A stretch of DNA of 64,000 bases from a virus. The translations under genes and the position numbers were made by a program. Position 1 is the stretch's first letter; every line of letters begins with the position of its first letter. Shown piece after piece: positions 36,656-47,568 of this stretch. Below the pieces are notes generated by a model that was given only the letters and a program-made list of their open reading frames with translations, was not told the origin of the DNA and did not search any database. Location of the stretch: positions 32,001-96,000 of the IMG/VR virus record IMGVR_UViG_3300046522_000297. One strand, written 5' to 3'.

Positions 36656-37570
36656 ATGAGTATCAAAGTCATCAACGTAGCAACCCATGCGGAGATTCCA
36701 CTGCAAATCTCCAAATTTCCCGGGGGCGAAGTCCACGTTAAGTTGGAGGAGAACGCCGTTCAGAATTTGGTAGAAGTAAACGTGTGGGCGTTCATCCAAA
36801 ATTCGGATGATATCATGGCTTTGCTTCTGGTAACCGACGCCATTCGCAAAGCGAGCCAGGCTACTACAGGGGTTAGTGAGACGAAGATACATCTCAGTCT
36901 CCCCTATGTTCCATATGCTCGTCAAGACAGGGTGATGACTCCTGGTGAGTCCCTGTCGATCGAAGTATTCTGTAACCTGATAAACGCCCAGAATTATAGC
37001 AGCGTCTTCGTCTGGGATCCACACAGTGATGTAACGCCGGCTCTGCTGAAGCGTGTTGCAGTGATGCCGCAGGAGAAACTGTTGAGCTGTGATCTAGGCC
37101 TTATTTTGGGCGCTCCAGAATTCGACAAGTATCAGTCGTTGCCTCGTCATGAAGCCCGTGTCCAGGCCCGAAAGGACCAGCTCGAAAATATCGTCCTTGT
37201 CTCTCCGGACGCCGGCGCAAACAAGAAGATATTCAAGGTCGCCAAAGAGTGTGGCTTCAAACACGTCGTGCGTGCTGATAAAGAACGTAACGTCGAGACA
37301 GGTCAAATCACAGGCACTGTCGTGTATAGCGATCACGTAGGTAGCAAGGATTTCCTGATTGTGGATGATATCTGTGATCGAGGGAGGACGTTCATTGAAC
37401 TGGGGAAGGTGTTACGCCCGTTAACTAATGGCAAGATCATTCTTTATGTTACGCATGCCATTTTGCCAGATGGAGTAAAAGCACTTAAAGGATACGTAGA
37501 CGAGATGTACTGTGCTCACTCATTTGGGAAATACCCCGAGGGATGTAATTTGATGGAGATGAGCGAATAA
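36656..37570 (+). CDS. Ribose-phosphate pyrophosphokinase-like protein (Adps-like)
   Basis: FPGGEV, PYVPYARQDR, DPHS, SPDAGA, IVDDICDRGRTF. Confidence 0.9.
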   Translation: MSIKVINVATHAEIPLQISKFPGGEVHVKLEENAVQNLVEVNVWAFIQNSDDIMALLLVTDAIRKASQATTGVSETKIHLSLPYVPYARQDRVMTPGESLSIEVFCNLINAQNYSSVFVWDPHSDVTPALLKRVAVMPQEKLLSCDLGLILGAPEFDKYQSLPRHEARVQARKDQLENIVLVSPDAGANKKIFKVAKECGFKHVVRADKERNVETGQITGTVVYSDHVGSKDFLIVDDICDRGRTFIELGKVLRPLTNGKIILYVTHAILPDGVKALKGYVDEMYCAHSFGKYPEGCNLMEMSE

Positions 37571-38137
37571 TTGGAAATTTGGAGAGACGTCCCGGGGTTC
37601 TCTGGCGAATTACAAGCTAGTGATTCCGGGAAATTAAGGACAATAGATAGAAGGGATGTTCTAGGTAGATTCAGGAAAGGTGTCGAGCTAAAGTTCGAGA
37701 AACATAGAACGGGATATCTTAGAGTAAAGATATCGCACAGAAGAGTTCAAAAGACATATTCTGTACATAGACTTATAGCCTTAACCTTTCTACCTAACCC
37801 TGAAAATAAACCTGAGGTGAATCACAAAGATTCCAACCGTGCAAATAATGCGGTTTCTAATTTAGAGTGGTCCACGAAGGTTGAAAATATTGAACACGCT
37901 TATGAACACGGGGCTTTAGAAAACCCATACGGTGAGACTGCGCGGCATTTTAAGTATAGAGTTTTAGTAATAGATAAAAACGGAAATATAGTTGATGTGC
38001 TAATAGGTAAGACGGATATGGAGAACAAGGGGTATCAATCGTCTCTAGTGTACCACTGTTTAAACGGTAAACAAAAAACCCATAAGGGTTTTACTTTTAA
38101 AAGGGAATATAATGGATCAAGCACTTCAAGCACGTAA
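37571..38137 (+). CDS. NUMOD4-HNH homing endonuclease
   Basis: MEIWRDVPGF, VHRLIA...EVNHKDSNRANNAVSNLEW. Confidence 0.92.
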   Translation: MEIWRDVPGFSGELQASDSGKLRTIDRRDVLGRFRKGVELKFEKHRTGYLRVKISHRRVQKTYSVHRLIALTFLPNPENKPEVNHKDSNRANNAVSNLEWSTKVENIEHAYEHGALENPYGETARHFKYRVLVIDKNGNIVDVLIGKTDMENKGYQSSLVYHCLNGKQKTHKGFTFKREYNGSSTSST

Positions 38138-39899
38138 CGAAACCTTCAAGCTGAAGCCCCAACTGGCGCGCGACAGCTACAAATTGGGTCACGATTCCCA
38201 ATACCCACTGGATACTCAGAAGGTCTACACCAACATGACCTTTCGTAGTGCCAAGCATTTCAAAGCACCGGCCGTCTGCGGATTTGACAACAAAATTACC
38301 TGGGTTGGTCTGCAAGGTACGATGATGGAATATCGTGCCATGTGGCAAGAACAGTTCTTCAGCCGACCCTGGGATGAAGTTGAAACGGAGTATGTTAACC
38401 GCACTACTCCGTTCATGGGAAAAGCCCCTGATACCAGTCGGCTGAAAGCGTTACACGACCTGAGGTATCTGCCTTTACATGTTAAGCAGATCCCTGAGGG
38501 TAGTTACCTGAACATCGGTGTTCCCGCCTTCACTATCGTCAATACCCAACCAAACGAAAATCTCTTCGGCTGGCTGACGAACGCGACGGAGACTTACCTC
38601 TCGAACGAAAGCTGGAAGCTGCCGACCATCGCTACGATCGCTACGGCGTACCGTCGTCTGTTCGACCATTACGCAGAACTGACTGGAGGTTCGATGGAGT
38701 TCGTGGACTGGCAGGGGCATTGCTTCGCAGATAGAGGCCAAAGCGGTTATATGGACGCGGCCAAGAACTGCTCCGGCCACAGCGTTGCCTTCCTGGGTAG
38801 CGACTCGGTCTCGTCGGCAGACTGGATCACCTGGGCTTACTTCGCCGAAGAGAACTTCATCGCTGGCAGCGTCCCGGCTTCGGAACACGCTGTCTCCAGC
38901 CTGAACATCGCTGTGATCAAGGCTGAGATGAAGAAGGAAATCGAGGCTATTCACGCCAATTTGAAGGAAGGTGAAGAAGCCAAAGACCTGACCGAAGACG
39001 AGTTGATGGCCGAAGCAGAGTACCGCTTCTGCAAGCGCTACATCACCGAAGTCTATCCGACCGGCGTGGCATCATATGTTGCTGACACCTACAACTTCTG
39101 GCGTGTGATCACCGAGATCGCTGCACGTCTGAAAGAAGAAATTCTGGCTCGTCAACCTGACGCCAACGGCCTGGCCAAGGTGGTGTTCCGTCCGGATAGT
39201 GGTGATCCTGTCAAGGTCCTGACGGGTTATGTTTGTGCCGAACTGCCGGCGGGAGCTACTCAAGAAGATTTTCGTAAACTCTCGTCTGACGTGGAAGCTG
39301 TAAAGCTTCACGATGGCACGTACTACGAAGTGGGCGGATGGTTAACCAGCTCTAACGGTGATCGCAGTGGCCTTATGTTGGGCCGGAAACTCTCTGAACC
39401 CGAAGTCAAGGGTGCGGTCGAATGCCTGTGGGACATCTTCGGCGGCACTGTGACCGACAAGGGCTTCAAGCAACTGCACGAACGTGTCAGCCTGATCTAT
39501 GGTGATTCCATCACTCCGGATCGTGCGGATCAGATCATGCGTCGTCTGATGGCCAAGGGCTTCGCTTCGACCAACTGGGTTGCGGGCATTGGTTCGTACA
39601 CCTACCAGTACATCACCCGTGACACTTTCGGTGCTGCACTGAAGGCAACGAACGCTGAAGTCGCTGGCGTTGCTCACGAAATCTACAAGGATCCGATCAC
39701 CGATCCGGGTAAGAAGTCGGCCAAAGGCTTGCTGCGGGTAGAATACGAGAACGGCAACTTTGTTCTCTACGACCAGCAGACGCCGGAGCAGGAGAAGCAG
39801 GGTGTGCTGCAAGACCTGTTCCTGAACGGCAAGTTCCACAACCTCGTAAACTGGAAAACGGTCCGTGAACGTTTCGGTCTGGTGAAGTTGAATGTGTAA
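38112..39899 (+). CDS. nadV: Nicotinamide phosphoribosyltransferase-like protein (NadV/Namat)
   Basis: DSYKLGH, SVPASEH, VADTY, RPDSGDP, LIYGDSI, KDPITDPGKKSAKG. Confidence 0.92.
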   Translation: MDQALQARNETFKLKPQLARDSYKLGHDSQYPLDTQKVYTNMTFRSAKHFKAPAVCGFDNKITWVGLQGTMMEYRAMWQEQFFSRPWDEVETEYVNRTTPFMGKAPDTSRLKALHDLRYLPLHVKQIPEGSYLNIGVPAFTIVNTQPNENLFGWLTNATETYLSNESWKLPTIATIATAYRRLFDHYAELTGGSMEFVDWQGHCFADRGQSGYMDAAKNCSGHSVAFLGSDSVSSADWITWAYFAEENFIAGSVPASEHAVSSLNIAVIKAEMKKEIEAIHANLKEGEEAKDLTEDELMAEAEYRFCKRYITEVYPTGVASYVADTYNFWRVITEIAARLKEEILARQPDANGLAKVVFRPDSGDPVKVLTGYVCAELPAGATQEDFRKLSSDVEAVKLHDGTYYEVGGWLTSSNGDRSGLMLGRKLSEPEVKGAVECLWDIFGGTVTDKGFKQLHERVSLIYGDSITPDRADQIMRRLMAKGFASTNWVAGIGSYTYQYITRDTFGAALKATNAEVAGVAHEIYKDPITDPGKKSAKGLLRVEYENGNFVLYDQQTPEQEKQGVLQDLFLNGKFHNLVNWKTVRERFGLVKLNV

Positions 39900-41059
39900 T
39901 ATCATTCGAGTAGAAGGTCTCAACGTCTACAATCCAACTAACGAGGAGGTATTGGCCATGGCAAAAGCCGATATCGTTAAGTGGATCGGACGCGGGGACG
40001 GTAGGTTCTACCACAAGGTAGGGGTTCAAGGTCCGGTAAAACAGGGATTGGATGTGTTGTACATGATCCGTCTCGGACCTGAAACGTCTCTGCCGAAATC
40101 CGGACTTAGCGTAAAGGGGATTCAATGCTGAAAAAAGTCCGCATTGTCCAGCTGAAAAATCTGGAACTTACGAACCTTACCGACGATGAAATCCTGGCCC
40201 TCTCCAAGGCACAAGTCATTGCCTGGATCGGGGCTGGAGATAAAGGGTTTTATTGGAAGTACGGTATCGAAGGACCTATTGGCCATGGGGATAATCCAGA
40301 TGAGTATCGAGTCAAAATCCAAATCCAGGCGCCTTCGAATCTGGAGCCTGACGGCCCCATTGTTGTAATCGACAAACCCTATAAATGGTAGAAAGGATTT
40401 AATATGCAATTCCCAGAAGGCACCCCTGTTTTCTCCCTGAACTCACCCACCTTTGCCGAAGATCTAGCAGCAGCACTAGGTATCCAGCCAGGCGAGAAAA
40501 TCCAGTTCATCACCCCTCAGTTTGACCGGGTAGATGGTAAAACGGTAAATGTCCCGGAATTTACCCCGCTGGACTGGGCTAAACTGCCGACTAAGAGCCA
40601 CGAAGAACTGATCAGCATGGGTTTGGGTGTGTGGGAGAAGAGCGAAGAAGGCACTCATTATCTGTTCCCCCATGAATGGTATAGCATCATTCCTGAGGGG
40701 TTGCAGATGAAGTGTATCGACGGCTCCATCGAAGTCTTCAAACGCGGCGTTACCGACGACGACAAACGTTTCGGTTGCATCGCTTATGGCTTCGTGAAAC
40801 CTACGACATCATGAAAATCGTTCAAGTAAGTAACCCGTTTCTCTTCAACCCAAGTGAAGAGACCCTGCGTCTCGTACGGGAAGCAGAGGCAATCCGGGTC
40901 GTAGGCAAGGACTCGACTGTTTTGAGGATGAAAGATTCCATAAAAAGTTTGGGAATTTCCTTAACTCAAGGTCAAGTATTCGAGATTATCTTAGGTGGTC
41001 TGATAAAATTGGAAAATTCTATTGGGCCTTTCGAAGCTGACACCGCTGTGATTAACTGA
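39892..41059 (+). CDS. Cluster of four small hypothetical ORFs (39892-40131, 40125-40391, 40404-40814, 40811-41059); the first, second and fourth appear paralogous
   Basis: Shared I-x-x-V/L...NP/LT-x-EE-x-L-x-L/M...A-x-x-I/V pattern. Confidence 0.6.
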
Positions 41060-41169
41060 AGTTCAAATACCGTACTTGGATTAATTTCCTTGTGCGGTAT
41101 TTTTTTGCTTGACGATGGTATTTTTTAGGTTTAATATAAAATCATAGAGACAGAGAAAGGAATCTTCAA

Positions 41170-41397
41170 ATGTCTTTCGATAATAAGTACTACCCGAATA
41201 GAAAAGATAATCGTAGGGTCTATAAATACGATTACGCTAAGCAAGTATCCAGACAGTGTCGTAATCACGGAGGCGACCCTTATAGTGAAGGCAACCGTTT
41301 ATTCAACACTAAACGAAATGAATTGATAGCCAAGAACGAGTTGGCAAATCTTGGAAAGGAAGGTGATATGTATCTCGAAGGGTCAGGGTACGCTTAA
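41170..41397 (+). CDS. hypothetical basic protein
   Basis: CRNHGG motif; sigma70-like TTGACG-17-TAATAT at 41109-41137. Confidence 0.65.
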   Translation: MSFDNKYYPNRKDNRRVYKYDYAKQVSRQCRNHGGDPYSEGNRLFNTKRNELIAKNELANLGKEGDMYLEGSGYA

Positions 41398-41809
41398 TGG
41401 CTTTAAGCGATTTATTCCCTCCCGGGTCAAAATGCCCGGCCTGCAATAAAGACCTGAACAAGGTGGCTAATGGAGAAATTCCGTGCGGGCCGTGTTTAGA
41501 AAGGGGTGAAGCACAGATTGCACAACTTACGGTATTGCAGCATTTACTAGCAGCTTTTGTTTGTATTTTTCATTTCCGGTTCTGGGATTCTATCTCTGAG
41601 TTCTCATGGACTATAGAGAGGCTATTCAAGATCGGTGATTATCATCCTGAAACAGGAGAATTCTATAGACGTGGTTTCCTTAAATCTAAAACCTAATATT
41701 TAACACAGACCCAACAATTAGCCATATCGGTGGTATAAGAGAAGTATAAAGAGATATCTATATATCTTTTTTGCTTCTCTTTTTTTATGCCTAATTGAAA
41801 GGAAATGAA

Positions 41810-42256
41810 ATGTATCTGCTGGCAACCATTAAAGCTGATCAACTGAAAGCCCGTAAAGAACGCAACGGCGTAGTCACTGCAATCCTGACCACCCTCATCG
41901 GTGAAGTCGAAACTAAACAGAAGAACGAACAGCGCGACCTGACCGAAGCTGAAGTTATCACCATCATTAAGAAATTCCTGGACGGTGTCAACGAATGCAT
42001 CGATAAATCCACGAACAGCGAAAAGCGTGATCACAGCTATGTCGAGAAAGTGGTCCTGGAAGGTTATATGCCAAAGCAGCTGACCGGCGAAGAAACTCAA
42101 AATATTTTTGACAACTTATCAGAAGGTAAACCTTTGGTGATAGGTGAAGTCATGAAGGTTTTCAAAGAATATTACGTTGGCCGTTACGACGGCAAAATCC
42201 TGAAGGCCTGTATCGAAATGTATAATGGGGTTAATTATCCTAAACAGGAGAAATGA
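41810..42256 (+). CDS. GatB/YqeY domain protein
   Basis: IKADQLKARKER...LIGEV...VLEGYMPKQLT...GRYDGK. Confidence 0.8.
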   Translation: MYLLATIKADQLKARKERNGVVTAILTTLIGEVETKQKNEQRDLTEAEVITIIKKFLDGVNECIDKSTNSEKRDHSYVEKVVLEGYMPKQLTGEETQNIFDNLSEGKPLVIGEVMKVFKEYYVGRYDGKILKACIEMYNGVNYPKQEK

Positions 42257-42441
42257 CATGGAATTTATATTAGGGTTCGTCCTTGTCTGGATTTTTCTGG
42301 ATAAAGTTTTCAGCGAAAGAAGCAGCTGCGATTGCTGCGAAGAGCTTGAAGATGATCTGGATGAACTTGATGTTGATCTCCATCGTGAGATTGAGAATCT
42401 CCAAGCACAGATTAATGGACTGAATTATAAACTGGATAAAA

Positions 42442-43047
42442 ATGACTAAACCAATTATGCTTATTGACATGGACGGTGTAGTTGCCGATTTCTACGGTCA
42501 CTTCCTATCCATCTGGCGTGAGAAATACCCGGATCGTGTTTACGTCAAACCCGAAGACGTAACGGCGTTCTATCTCGAAACCCTGTATCCAGAAGAGTAC
42601 AAGCAAGACATCCTGGACATTCTCCGTGCCCCAGGTTTCTTCGCAAACCTTCCACCTATGCCGGGTGCAATCGAAGCACTGAAAAAGATCCGAGAAGAAG
42701 ATAAGTTCGATACCCTTCTCTGCTCGACCCCGGACTCGGACTCGGTCAACCACAACTGTTCCAGCGAAAAGATGCGCTGGGTCGAACGTCACCTCGGTAA
42801 TGAATGGGTTAAGGACGTAATTCTGACCCACGACAAGACTCTGGTTTACGGGGACTTCTTGCTCGATGACAAGCCAAAAATCAACGGGCGCAGAAAACCA
42901 TCCTGGATACAGATCATGTTTCAGCATGCGTACAACAAGGACATTCACGGATTTCATATGAATGGCTGGGAATACTGGCCGAGTGTGGAGAAATATCTCC
43001 TCGACCTCGTTAAAGAAAACAACCATTTCGAACAGGTATACGAATGA
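42442..43047 (+). CDS. 5'(3')-deoxyribonucleotidase (HAD)
   Basis: IDMDGVVADF, GFFANLPPMPGA, EKMRWV, LLDDKP. Confidence 0.9.
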   Translation: MTKPIMLIDMDGVVADFYGHFLSIWREKYPDRVYVKPEDVTAFYLETLYPEEYKQDILDILRAPGFFANLPPMPGAIEALKKIREEDKFDTLLCSTPDSDSVNHNCSSEKMRWVERHLGNEWVKDVILTHDKTLVYGDFLLDDKPKINGRRKPSWIQIMFQHAYNKDIHGFHMNGWEYWPSVEKYLLDLVKENNHFEQVYE

Positions 43048-43778
43048 CCAAAGATTTGCCCAAAGCTATCAGCGACCTCTTCACCCCTAATGCAGAAATT
43101 CTCAAGGTCCCACCGGCCGAGAACGAGCCTAAGGCGGGTGGAGGAAACCTGATCAAAGTTCTGTTTCTGGATATCGACGGTGTCCTGAACAGTCATAAAA
43201 CCCAAGTCATCTGGGGTAAGCTTCCGTTCCCCGGATATGATGGTGACAAAGGTTTCGTGGACGATGCATACACCTCGGATCCCGCTGCGGCAGCTCTGGT
43301 AGATCGTCTTTGTGATGCTACCGGTGCTTATATCGTACTGAGCTCGTCGTGGCGTATCGGTTGTAACCTCGAACAGGTCCGTACGATGCTGGTAACGCTG
43401 GGTATAGAATCCCCAATCATCGGTAAAACCTCGCAGCTCAACGGCAAGCGTGGTGACCAGATTGCTCACTGGATTAACGAGTTCAATACACATGAAGGTA
43501 AGGCTCGTCTGATTCAGCAAGGTCATCTGGATACGGAGGAGCTTGACCTTCCGTTCGACGACAAGACTGTGATCCAAACCTACGCCATTGTCGATGACAA
43601 TGCTGATATGTTGGAATCGCAGAAGCATCACTTCGTTCAAACCACGTTCATGGACGGGCTCACTTGTGCCCTGACACTCGAACTCGGTAAGATCCTGAGT
43701 GATGACCCAACGTTCCATCTGAATGCTCTTACTGGCAAACCTTCCGTCGGTCAAGAGTGGGAAGATACTTTCAAATGA
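43044..43778 (+). CDS. HAD phosphatase (RNA-repair 'Swiss army knife' type)
   Basis: LFLDIDGVLNS, IVLSSSWR, RGDQI, YAIVDD, GLT. Confidence 0.82.
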   Translation: MTKDLPKAISDLFTPNAEILKVPPAENEPKAGGGNLIKVLFLDIDGVLNSHKTQVIWGKLPFPGYDGDKGFVDDAYTSDPAAAALVDRLCDATGAYIVLSSSWRIGCNLEQVRTMLVTLGIESPIIGKTSQLNGKRGDQIAHWINEFNTHEGKARLIQQGHLDTEELDLPFDDKTVIQTYAIVDDNADMLESQKHHFVQTTFMDGLTCALTLELGKILSDDPTFHLNALTGKPSVGQEWEDTFK

Positions 43779-43869
43779 TTCAATAAATTTGAAAAGCTTG
43801 GTATAAGGAAAATAGAGGAGGATAATATCCAAATCTACTTTCCTTTCTTTTTACTATAACTATAAGATC

Positions 43870-44130
43870 ATGTCTAAGAACACTAACGAAATCAAACTCA
43901 CTGCCCGTAAACTTGCAATCCTGTCGAAGAACGTCGCCCGCCACCGTAAGGCAGCCGACATGACGAAGGCAGAATTTGCTCGTAATACCACGGTGAGCCG
44001 TGACACTATTCGTCGTATTGAGACTCTCCCTGAGGGTTACATTCCGTCGATCGACACGGTTAAAGCACTGGCGGATTTGGCAGGTGCATCTGTTCAAGAA
44101 ATCCTGACTACCAAACTTGTCTTTCAATAA
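43870..44130 (+). CDS. XRE-family HTH regulator
   Basis: MTKAEFARNTTVSRDTIRRIE...PSIDTVKALA. Confidence 0.85.
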   Translation: MSKNTNEIKLTARKLAILSKNVARHRKAADMTKAEFARNTTVSRDTIRRIETLPEGYIPSIDTVKALADLAGASVQEILTTKLVFQ

Positions 44131-44217
44131 ATAACGAAGGCATGGTATAAGGGAATTGTAAGGGAGAGTCAATCTCTCTTACGTATGTTTAACCGTTAGT
44201 TTTAAGGAAGTTCCCAA

Positions 44218-44403
44218 ATGGCATCTACCCTCAATGTCACCGAGTATCTCGAAGAAGGCTTCGCTCTGATCGAAGATACCGAGGGCACGTATCTGGCGTC
44301 TAAACATACTGATGCAATCGTTGATATTCCCAAAGTAATTCCCCCAGTCATTCCTACTCGTAACTGCATCTTGGTGCAGTCTCGTGAAGCGATGCTGACC
44401 TAA
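44218..44403 (+). CDS. small hypothetical protein
   Basis: 61 aa, AAGGA RBS, promoter at 44143. Confidence 0.55.
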   Translation: MASTLNVTEYLEEGFALIEDTEGTYLASKHTDAIVDIPKVIPPVIPTRNCILVQSREAMLT

Positions 44404-44409
44404 TCTTTA

Positions 44410-45845
44410 GGTCCGAGGAGCTTCGGCTCCTCTCCACGATCAAGTATAGTAGTCTAATAAGACAGGAAAGATGTAACAGCTTTCTAAATTCTTTCGGCTG
44501 CGCCGATAGGCCTGGAGGTTCACGTCAACGACGTGACGTCCGTCGACCAGGTCCTCTGCAGCTGAAGAGCTCATCTCCTTGCAGCTCACCTCAACGAGTT
44601 GATCGTTTCACCCAGCCTGTGATATACTGCAGGCTTCACAACTTAATGTATGTTAGGCCTTGAGACGAAAGTCTCTTGAAGTCTAAGGTGGATGCCACAT
44701 TCACTGTGTACTTCTCCTCCTACGGGGAGAAAAACCTGGCGGCCTCCGGCCACCGGTGTGATCTCGAACCCGGGTACTGCTTAGCTCCTTTAATAAAGAA
44801 GTTAAACCAGGTACCTGGAGACCGGATGTGAGATCACAAGATTAAGTTATTTTCCGTCCTTAGTATTAAGCAAGTAACACCTTGCTACAGAAGGTAACCT
44901 TCTGGTACTAGCTTGGGCTTTATCGCTACGCTCAAGCCCAGAGATGAATAGACTCCCTGGGATCCGCCGGCGCCGATCGCCGACGTATCTACGTCTCTTA
45001 TGTGTAAGGACACTTTCGAACTTTGGTACAACAAGGGTATTACGCCTTTGTATCACGAGGCTACCTCGTGGGAGTACACTGGAATCAATGATTAATCCTG
45101 CGCTCAAGCATTGAGAAGTCAATGCCCGCTTGGATCATCGAGCAAAGTTCAATACCGGGTATGGGCACCGCCTCACTAAGAAAAGGGCCTTTCGACTTTA
45201 GTATTAAAGATAGAGAACCTATCTTCTACGATGCAACATTGTAGGTTTAGAGTTCTCATCACCTCTGGTGACCCCACCTCAGCTACATCCCTCTCTATGC
45301 TGTGGGCGCTCCGCTCAGGATGTATCAGAGGAGTGGTAACCAGAGGAGATGAGTAAGAAAAAGGACCGAGGTACTACTACTAATAAGATTTAATTAGTGG
45401 GCCCTGGGAGCACCTGGTACGTAATCGAGTAAAGTCAAAGGACGTTAGCATAAAAGTAAATGCACGGGTCGTCGGGCCCGACGTAAATCTCCCGGATCTC
45501 AATGACGAAACGTTGAGACGTCCTCCGTATATTATTATTGCCACAGCGTATGTTCCTTTGTGAATAGGCTAGCCAAGCAGAGAGAGGCGCATATATCCTC
45601 TGCAGGTGTAGACGCTGCCGTCATTTCGGTCTCCTCCCATAGATATAAAATCTGCCAATTAAAGTGAGAGTAGGTTCTCACCCAAACGACAACTGTCGGC
45701 GGTGGATGGAAATTCTATGGAGCGTTGATACACCAGACAACTCGGAAAGACGGGTAACGTAGCTGTCACTACGCCGGTGCTCCCGATGTGGACACATCGG
45801 TTGAGCCTCTCGATCCCTACCGTAAAACGTGGGGATTTTTTTTAG
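44410..45845 (+). ncRNA. Candidate long structured non-coding RNA (about 1.4 kb)
   Basis: No credible ORF; many hairpins with UUCG/UACG/GAAA loops; ends in a terminator at 45812-45843. Confidence 0.55.
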
Positions 45846-45869
45846 CTTAATCAAGGTCGTCCGAGCAAC

Positions 45870-46512
45870 TGTCCAGAATTTTTGGACACTGTCCATTTTC
45901 TCAGGACATCTGTCCACCTCTATACTATCAACAAACAAAGCATATATAGAAATTAATGTCCAATTGTCCAAAACGTCAAAAATAAAATTGGACACTCTAA
46001 GTCTTTGATTTTAAAAAGAAAAAGGGCAAAGTGTCCAGTTTTTTGAGATTTTCTGAAAAACATACACCAACCTTCGTGGAGAGAGTTGGGGAGAAATCAG
46101 TAGAGCCTACCCTACCCTCAACAAATCTGCTTTTATGAATTCCCCTATTCCCCCTCTATTCACTGCCTCTCTATATATATAATATATAATATATAAATAA
46201 TAAATATATATATATATAGGTAATATGACGCAGTTTTTTGACTCGTAGAGGTTGATAGGGCTTCTCCCATTTTTCCAAAAATTCTGCGATATTTTTTATA
46301 AAGGTGGGTGTATGTTTTTCAAAAAATCGAAAAAAACTGGACACTTGGCCTATAAGGCTAGTAGACACAAGCGAAAAGGGTGTCCAGTTTTATTTTCCTA
46401 TTTTTGGACACTCTGGACACCTTCTCTAAATGTCTTTATTTTAAAAGGGTTTTAAGTGTCCAGTGCGCACAGTGAAATTGGACACCTGTCCAAAAAACTG
46501 GACACTTGTCCT
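45870..46512. repeat. Symmetric iteron array around an A/T tract: probable replication origin
   Basis: 16 exact TGTCCA/TGGACA copies (8 per side), 40-bp inverted repeat 46029-46068/46306-46346, pure A/T tract 46172-46218. Confidence 0.7.
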
Positions 46513-46624
46513 GATTTAGACCCATTTGTTTCTTCTAAGTAATTAAAAACCTCCAATTTTGGTATAAGTAAGATACCTATAACTTGATTCCCCCTTTACA
46601 AACCAAATTTAGAGGTAATTTATC

Positions 46625-46849
46625 ATGCAACGTCATTCAGAAATTCTGGTTATTGTGGGCGGCAAGCAAGTGCACGTCATTCACGATCCCGCTCATCCCC
46701 CCGCTCCGCAGTCTTTCTTGGAGATACCCGACAGAGAATCTATAACCCGCTCCACCGAGCTGTACGTAACCAAGGTCAAGAACAAGTATCCAGACTCAAA
46801 CGATGCCACCTCCCCAATGGTCATCGAATGTGAATGCATACCTGTTTAA
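46625..46849 (+). CDS. hypothetical protein
   Basis: 74 aa, promoter at 46560. Confidence 0.6.
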   Translation: MQRHSEILVIVGGKQVHVIHDPAHPPAPQSFLEIPDRESITRSTELYVTKVKNKYPDSNDATSPMVIECECIPV

Positions 46850-46939
46850 GACATGAGCCGAGGATTAACCCTCGGTTTTAGATTCAATGATATACTCTTA
46901 TTTGGTATAAGACTATGTAACTAACTACGACTAAGAACA

Positions 46940-47566
46940 ATGGCTATTAATAATTTACCACTATCTGAATTTTTAGATTTACACAACTCTGCCGCGATGG
47001 AAGGTCAGGTTATGATTTCCCCTACTACGATTTTCCCCACACACCCTTCGCCCACCGCCTCAGCTACTATCGCGCCACCTTTGACCCGGACTAATATTCG
47101 CCCTGAGGTAACTGTAACCATGAACTCTCCTGCGACACACCTTGATGAAACTGCGTTGAGGGTAGCGGAACGGGCAACTATGGAGAGGATAAGGAACGAA
47201 CTCTATAGGAGTAATCAAGATAGATGGTTCCAGCCCCAAGAGTTTTCCAGCGACTTCTTCACAGGTGTTCAAAATTCTTTTAGATACTTATCTGAACAGA
47301 ACGATGAGCACACGGATATACGGAACATTCGACCTATTGGAGCGAGGATCTCTCAGGAATCCCCTAACACTCAGAGGGTTAAGGTAGCCGTACAAAGTCC
47401 TAAAGTATCCAACCACTCCGACTTGGTAAAGTTCTTCAAAGAAAAAGTAGAGCTGAAGCTCAACGGCATAAAAACCGATACAACCATCGAACTAACCCTC
47501 AGTCTCAACCTCGTGGATACCGGGGAAGAGATTCTTTCAACCCAAGAAGTAATCGAATTGGACTAA
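46940..47566 (+). CDS. hypothetical protein
   Basis: 208 aa, promoter at 46903. Confidence 0.65.
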   Translation: MAINNLPLSEFLDLHNSAAMEGQVMISPTTIFPTHPSPTASATIAPPLTRTNIRPEVTVTMNSPATHLDETALRVAERATMERIRNELYRSNQDRWFQPQEFSSDFFTGVQNSFRYLSEQNDEHTDIRNIRPIGARISQESPNTQRVKVAVQSPKVSNHSDLVKFFKEKVELKLNGIKTDTTIELTLSLNLVDTGEEILSTQEVIELD

Positions 47567-47568
47567 GC

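Noticed and set aside
45870-46512. CRISPR array or IS terminal repeats; ORFs 46171-46368 and 46252-46455
   Set aside because: Hexamer boxes occur in both orientations with irregular spacing and no transposase; the ORFs are low-complexity artefacts of the repeats.
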